The notes below the pieces were generated by a model. That model had not been told where the DNA came from. It made no database searches and saw nothing but the letters and a program-made list of their open reading frames with translations. Shown piece after piece: positions 34,607-39,064 of a DNA stretch of 39,064 bases (position 1 is the stretch's first letter; each line of letters starts with the position of its first letter). Source of the DNA: Kiritimatiellia bacterium (GTDB lineage: Bacteria; Verrucomicrobiota; Kiritimatiellia; SLAD01); assembly GCA_007128275.1 (NCBI GenBank), contig SKXR01000038.1:1-39064 (forward strand), in the 5' to 3' direction. Both the position numbers and the translations under genes were made by a program.

Positions 34607-36028
34607 CTAAGCCAGGCGTTCCATCGTGACGTGGAGCGACCGTTCCGCATCGTTCCCGACCGCCCAGTCCCCGGCCACGCGGTAACCGGGAACCCACACG
34701 ATACGCTTCCGGCATTCCAATAACGGGACCCGGTCACGTTGCGCGCGGGGCACTTTCCCGTCCACAAAGATGTCTTGGATCTTCTTCTCGCCCTTCATGC
34801 CCAGCGGCGCAAAACGATCCCCTTCCGCCCGGAAACGCAGATACAACGACGCGCGTCCCAAGGCCGCTTTCGAGAGATATCCCTCGGCCGGGAGTTGCCC
34901 GCATCGCTCTCCAACCGGTCGCTTATACCCGGTGGTCCATGCGGTGCGCACGCGTAACCCCACTTCCGGCAAACGGGTCACTCCCGGCACCACCAGCTTG
35001 AATCGTAATGGGCGCCCGTTTTCCGGCCGGGCGGGCGTGCGCGACACCGCGAGGCGGTCATAGTGCCGGACCACCCGCAACGGTTCTTGCACGGGCGCCT
35101 CCGCGGATCCCTTCGAGGAAAGGCACATGCGACAGACCCGTTCAATGGTCTCGGCATGCAGATGCGCTTCATCCACGCCTGCCCCGATCAGCCACAACAA
35201 CACCACCCGACGCCGGCGGGCAAGCGGCAAGGCGCGTACACGTCGCGCGTCCAACTCTTCTTCACGCCCCGGAACGCGGCTATCGGCCCAATCCGCCAAA
35301 GCCATCGCGTGCAGCATGCCGTAGTCTTCGCGGATCTGTTCGGCCGTGCGGGCCAAGGTTTCCACGATCTTGGGATTAAAACGCTCCCGCATCAGCGGAA
35401 TCAATTCATGCCGCACACGATTCCGCACATAGGCCGCGTCCTTGTTGGATGCATCATCCCGCCATGATGCGTTCCTGTTCCGGAGCCAACGAATCAACGA
35501 CGCCTTGGAAACGTGCAACAGCGGCCGCGCCACACAGAGGTCTTCCTGTTCCGTGATCGCCTTCATCGCGCCCAAACCCGCCAGTCCGGCGCCACGCATC
35601 AAACGCAATAAGAGCGTTTCGGCCTGATCATCCATGGTATGCGCCAGCGCTACGATGTCGTATCCCTGCTTGCGGACGATGTCGGCAAGAAACGCATAGC
35701 GTACTTCACGCGCCTTCATTTCGACGGAGATCTTCGCGCGGCGCGCCAGCAAAGCGACCTGTTTGCGCCGCACATGACAGGGCAGATCCAAGGACTTCGC
35801 CAAGTCGCGCACAAAACGTTCATCCCCGTCCGAATGCTTTCCCCGAAGCGTGTGGTTCAGGTGCGCCACGCCCAGGCGCCATTGCATGGAAGGCGCCAGA
35901 TCCTGCAGAAGATGCAGCAACGCTACGGAATCCGCGCCGGCGGAAACCGCAACCAAGATACGCGCGCCGCGAGGGAAACACGCCGACTGCTTGATTTCTT
36001 TATGGAGCGTCGCAAGTTTCATGGCCAT
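34607..36028 (-). CDS. tilS: tRNA(Ile)-lysidine synthetase
   Basis: PP-loop ILVAVSAGADSVALLHLL, then LGVAHLNHTLRG and AHTMDDQAETLLLRLMRG. Conserved position upstream of ftsH. Confidence 0.9.
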   Translation of the reverse strand: MAMKLATLHKEIKQSACFPRGARILVAVSAGADSVALLHLLQDLAPSMQWRLGVAHLNHTLRGKHSDGDERFVRDLAKSLDLPCHVRRKQVALLARRAKISVEMKAREVRYAFLADIVRKQGYDIVALAHTMDDQAETLLLRLMRGAGLAGLGAMKAITEQEDLCVARPLLHVSKASLIRWLRNRNASWRDDASNKDAAYVRNRVRHELIPLMRERFNPKIVETLARTAEQIREDYGMLHAMALADWADSRVPGREEELDARRVRALPLARRRRVVLLWLIGAGVDEAHLHAETIERVCRMCLSSKGSAEAPVQEPLRVVRHYDRLAVSRTPARPENGRPLRFKLVVPGVTRLPEVGLRVRTAWTTGYKRPVGERCGQLPAEGYLSKAALGRASLYLRFRAEGDRFAPLGMKGEKKIQDIFVDGKVPRAQRDRVPLLECRKRIVWVPGYRVAGDWAVGNDAERSLHVTMERLA

Positions 36029-36123
36029 TCGTTGATGGGGTTGGGGGCGCCCTCACGGATGCCCCGACAAATCCATTCCGGCACCCCACTTCTCACCGTG
36101 GCCGTCCCGGGGAAGACCGCCGC

Positions 36124-37389
36124 CTACTCAATCCGTTCCAGACCGCCCATGTAAGGGACTAATGCTTGGGGCACCGTGATGCTGCCGTCGGCCGACTGAT
36201 AATTCTCCAGAATCGCCACATACAGGCGGGCCAAGGCCACGCCGGACCCGTTGAGCGTATGCACGAATTCCGTCTTACCGTCCGCATTGCGATACCGGAT
36301 TTGTGCGCGCCGCGCCTGAAAATCCTCGAAATTGCTGCAAGACGACACTTCCAGCCACGCTTGGTGGCCGGGCGCCCACAATTCAATGTCATAACAACGC
36401 GCCGCCGCAAAACTGAGATCCCCCGTACAGAGCTCACGCACCCGATACGGCAGTTCCAAGCGTTTAAGCACCTCTTCCGCGTGCCCGACAAGTTCTTCCA
36501 GTGTCGCGTAGGACGTGTGCGGTTCGACAAACTGGACCAATTCCACCTTATCGAACTGGTGCATGCGGATCAGGCCACGCGTCTCGCGGCCCGCCGCGCC
36601 CGCTTCACGGCGGAAACAGGGCGTATAGGCGACATGACGGATCGGAAGCGGCGCCTGCATGATTTCTTCGCGGTACATGTTGGTGACGGGCACCTCCGCG
36701 GTGGGGATCAGGTACAGCCCATCGGCAGGCATCGCGTACATGTCTTCCGCCATCTTCGGCAACTGTCCCGTCCCGGTCATGGCCTCCGTGTTGCATACGA
36801 ACGGCGGACTGATTTCCGTGTAGCCGTGTTCACGGGTATGGATGTCCAGCATGAAATGGATCAAGGCGCGCTCAAGCCGGGCGCCCACCCCTTTGTACAG
36901 CGCAAATCCCGCGCCGCTCATACGCGTCGCGCGCCCAAAATCCACGATATCCAGTCGCTCCGCCAAGTCCACATGCGATTGGGGCTCGAAATCAAAGTCA
37001 CGCGGTTCGCCGACCGAGCGGACCATGCGGTTCGCCGACTCGTCCGGCCCGACGGGCACGTCCTTGAAAGGCACGTTGGGGATCGTCAACAGGATGGCTT
37101 GAATGGCTTCTTCCAGTTCCCGGTTGCGGCCATCCAATGCGGCGATCCGCTCGCCGACCTCGCGCATGCGCTGCTGAGGTTCAGACGTGTCCTCGCCCGC
37201 GCGCTTGCGGGCGCCTATTTCCTTGGAAACCGTATTTCGTTCGTGCTTCAGGTGTTCCGCCTCCTGAACCCCTTCCCGCCGTTGACGGTCGCGATCGAGC
37301 AAGCCGTCCAAATCCACCAAGGCCCCGCGATGATCGAGGGCTGCGCGTACCGCGGACTCCTGATCGCGAATAAACTTCATATCCAACAT
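36124..37389 (-). CDS. serS: Seryl-tRNA synthetase
   Basis: 421 aa. An N-terminal coiled-coil arm (MLDMKFIRDQ...), then class II motifs YTPCFRREAGAAGRETRGLIRMHQFDKVE and TLNGSGVALARLYVAILENYQ. Confidence 0.95.
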   Translation of the reverse strand: MLDMKFIRDQESAVRAALDHRGALVDLDGLLDRDRQRREGVQEAEHLKHERNTVSKEIGARKRAGEDTSEPQQRMREVGERIAALDGRNRELEEAIQAILLTIPNVPFKDVPVGPDESANRMVRSVGEPRDFDFEPQSHVDLAERLDIVDFGRATRMSGAGFALYKGVGARLERALIHFMLDIHTREHGYTEISPPFVCNTEAMTGTGQLPKMAEDMYAMPADGLYLIPTAEVPVTNMYREEIMQAPLPIRHVAYTPCFRREAGAAGRETRGLIRMHQFDKVELVQFVEPHTSYATLEELVGHAEEVLKRLELPYRVRELCTGDLSFAAARCYDIELWAPGHQAWLEVSSCSNFEDFQARRAQIRYRNADGKTEFVHTLNGSGVALARLYVAILENYQSADGSITVPQALVPYMGGLERIE

Positions 37390-37407
37390 ACGGCAAACTC
37401 CCGTCCG

Positions 37408-38034
37408 CTACTCGCGCGGCTCCATGAGCGGTAAAGAACTGTCTTTGATCAGAGGAATGGCCTGCTTGCGCGCTATTTCCCGCAGCCGCATCAGTGACGG
37501 CGGATCAAAATTGCGGCCCATGGCATCCAGATCACTCATCGATCGATACGTCCACATGGCGGACTGAGGATTGGGCACCATTTCGACGCCCATCAACAAG
37601 CCCACACTGCGCATGGTCAGTTTTTCCAGGCGCCGGAGGTATACCTCTTCGTCCGCCGTAACCATCAAGCCGGCGTTCACGATGCCCACACCGGCCTCGT
37701 ACCGATAGACCGTATGGTCTTCAAACTCCCGGTCGCCCGCATAGAGCAATACCACACACGCCTGTTCCGGCGTCCGGAGATGCGCGAGCGAATCCAGGAT
37801 CTCTGAAAGAGACTCACCCGTCGCGTCTTGGGGTTCAAGAAGCCGCGTCTCAATGCTTGTGTTGCGCTCCACGAACGAGCGCACCCGTTCCATGTGTTCA
37901 GCGGACACCTCGCCAATGGCGGCAACCGCAACCCCGGTCGGCGCGCCCGCATCCTCGCCGGACTCCGCACCCGCCACCAAGGGCCCCAGCCACACAAACC
38001 CCATCAAACAACTCAACATCCATTTCATCATCAT
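37408..38034 (-). CDS. Secreted protein, function unknown
   Basis: I place the start in the ATGATGATG run at 38026-38034, preceded by GAGGA (MMMKWMLSCLMGFVWLGPLVAGA, a signal peptide). The track ORF extends to 38265 across the divergent spacer. No family recognised. Confidence 0.5.
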   Translation of the reverse strand: MMMKWMLSCLMGFVWLGPLVAGAESGEDAGAPTGVAVAAIGEVSAEHMERVRSFVERNTSIETRLLEPQDATGESLSEILDSLAHLRTPEQACVVLLYAGDREFEDHTVYRYEAGVGIVNAGLMVTADEEVYLRRLEKLTMRSVGLLMGVEMVPNPQSAMWTYRSMSDLDAMGRNFDPPSLMRLREIARKQAIPLIKDSSLPLMEPRE

Positions 38035-38118
38035 ATCCTCATGGTTGCACAAGACCAACATGGTCCGCATCCTAATCCCCCGCCCGACGTTTTGCAACCC
38101 GCACGGAGGGGTCCGGCC

Positions 38119-38147
38119 TTGCTTTTCCCCCTCGATTAGGTTATAAC
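38119..38147 (+). promoter_or_regulatory. Putative sigma70-type promoter abutting the ATG at 38154 (possible leaderless mRNA)
   Basis: TTGCTT (38119-38124), a 17-nt spacer, TATAAC (38142-38147), then the ATG 7 nt later with no Shine-Dalgarno sequence. Confidence 0.3.
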
Positions 38148-38153
38148 GCCCCC

Positions 38154-38738
38154 ATGAGTACGGTGCATACCCATCTGAATCGGCCGATTCACCTCGCCCG
38201 GCGCGACGCCTTCTATGAACGCGGCGTGGAGCTGCTGTATCTTCCTTTGCAGGAGATGGATACATCGACCCGCATTACCCATATGCGGCGTGTCATGGAC
38301 GTGTTGGCCACCGCGCGTAAACACGCGTTCTTCGCCAGTCGTTCCGCGAAAGCGTGCGCCCGGGAGTTGGATTTCCTTCATTTTCTGGAATTGATTTATG
38401 ACAATGTCACGTCGATGCACTCGATGATGGAGCATCAGGCGCATCTCGAAGCCGCCGAAAGTTTTCTATGCCAGTTTCTCAACACGACCCGGGAACAATG
38501 CCAATTACCCGCCATGCATTATCGCCGCCGGGCCGAAGATTTGATGGGCGGTCTATGGCAATTGCTACGCTTATCGCACGCGCCGTACCGCGCTCTGCAG
38601 AAGGAATTCACGGAAAGCGCCGAGGAGCAGGAAAGCGTACGATACAATAAAGCCTTCAGTAGTTTCCGCGAAGAATCGATCACGCGCTTCGCCGTCCCCG
38701 AACCGATTACATCCGAATCCGCGTCCGTGACCCGTTAG
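38154..38738 (+). CDS. Hypothetical cytoplasmic helical protein (194 aa)
   Basis: ORF only, with no recognisable motif and no TM segment. Its stop overlaps the mutL stop (convergent, 4 nt). Confidence 0.4.
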   Translation: MSTVHTHLNRPIHLARRDAFYERGVELLYLPLQEMDTSTRITHMRRVMDVLATARKHAFFASRSAKACARELDFLHFLELIYDNVTSMHSMMEHQAHLEAAESFLCQFLNTTREQCQLPAMHYRRRAEDLMGGLWQLLRLSHAPYRALQKEFTESAEEQESVRYNKAFSSFREESITRFAVPEPITSESASVTR

Positions 38739-39064
38739 ATCCTGCCGAACTTTTTATCCAACTCGTTGAACCCCATGAAAATCAGAGTCGGACGACCGTG
38801 GGGACAGGTATACGGCATCTCGGACCCGGCCAAATCAATAACCAGCTTTTCGATTTCCTGAAGACTGAGTTTGTCCTGTGCCTTCACGGCGGCTCGACAG
38901 GCCGCCCGCGCCACTCGCTGTTCGGCCCAATGCTCGGTCCCTCCGCGTTCCCCGCTCTGTTCCAAACTCGTCGCCACGGCCGCCAGAACCGATCGGGCTG
39001 AGACGTCGCCCAGGCATACCGGAAGAGCATCCACCATAAACGAGTCGCCCCCGAAGTCCGATAC
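38735..39064 (-). CDS. mutL: DNA mismatch repair protein MutL, C-terminal part only. The N-terminus lies beyond the right edge.
   Basis: The frame is open to the window end (..VSDFGGDSFMVDALP..). The C-terminal dimerisation/endonuclease region carries ACRAAVKAQDKLSLQEIEKLV and CPHGRPTLI. Confidence 0.8.
   Translation of the reverse strand, partial: VSDFGGDSFMVDALPVCLGDVSARSVLAAVATSLEQSGERGGTEHWAEQRVARAACRAAVKAQDKLSLQEIEKLVIDLAGSEMPYTCPHGRPTLIFMGFNELDKKFGRI

Noticed and set aside
1-39064. Mobile elements, prophage, defence islands and CRISPR arrays
   Set aside because: I saw no transposase, integrase, recombinase, phage structural gene, restriction-modification gene or cas-like motif in any frame. 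Apart from the tandem duplication at 1625-5124, there are no long repeats.

Overview
39 kb of high-GC chromosome from a diderm bacterium (BamD-like and LptE-like genes are present). A PVC-type lineage is only a guess. About 40 genes, mostly on the minus strand, tightly packed with many overlapping start/stop codons. I found no rRNA, tRNA, CRISPR array, transposase, integrase or phage gene. Most of the window is housekeeping: gatC-gatA, serA, rpsT, proC-yggS, serS, mutL, and a tilS-ftsH-folP-cdaA-cdaR block. Four regions stand out. (1) 1752-10454 (minus strand) is an operon of two secreted TPR proteins, ExbB, ExbD, ExbD, and then two tandem paralogues where TonB would normally sit. Each paralogue has a TonB-like N-terminal anchor helix (S-x3-H motif), an acidic/Pro linker and a C-terminal squalene-cyclase/prenyltransferase-type alpha/alpha-toroid repeat domain. 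The duplication junction is still readable as an exbD 3' relic fused to a gatC 5' relic. The 5' ends of the paralogues are almost identical even at synonymous sites. This is my best candidate for an undescribed system. (2) 10622-13501 is a Cfa-like SAM methyltransferase, a PCMH-type FAD oxidoreductase and a small coiled-coil protein, resembling the BfaB/BfaA pair that makes 10-methyl fatty acids. (3) 17346-19309 is a Kdo/WaaP-family kinase-like protein translationally coupled to an M50B-like HExxH membrane protein. (4) 22027-27048 holds a 213-nt element closed by a 15-bp stem, a perfect 38-nt palindrome, a GT2 glycosyltransferase, two secreted DUF4139-type paralogues and YceI. All family assignments rest on motifs I recognised by eye; no database search was run. 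Many long ORFs in the six-frame track are antisense shadows typical of high-GC DNA and are rejected.
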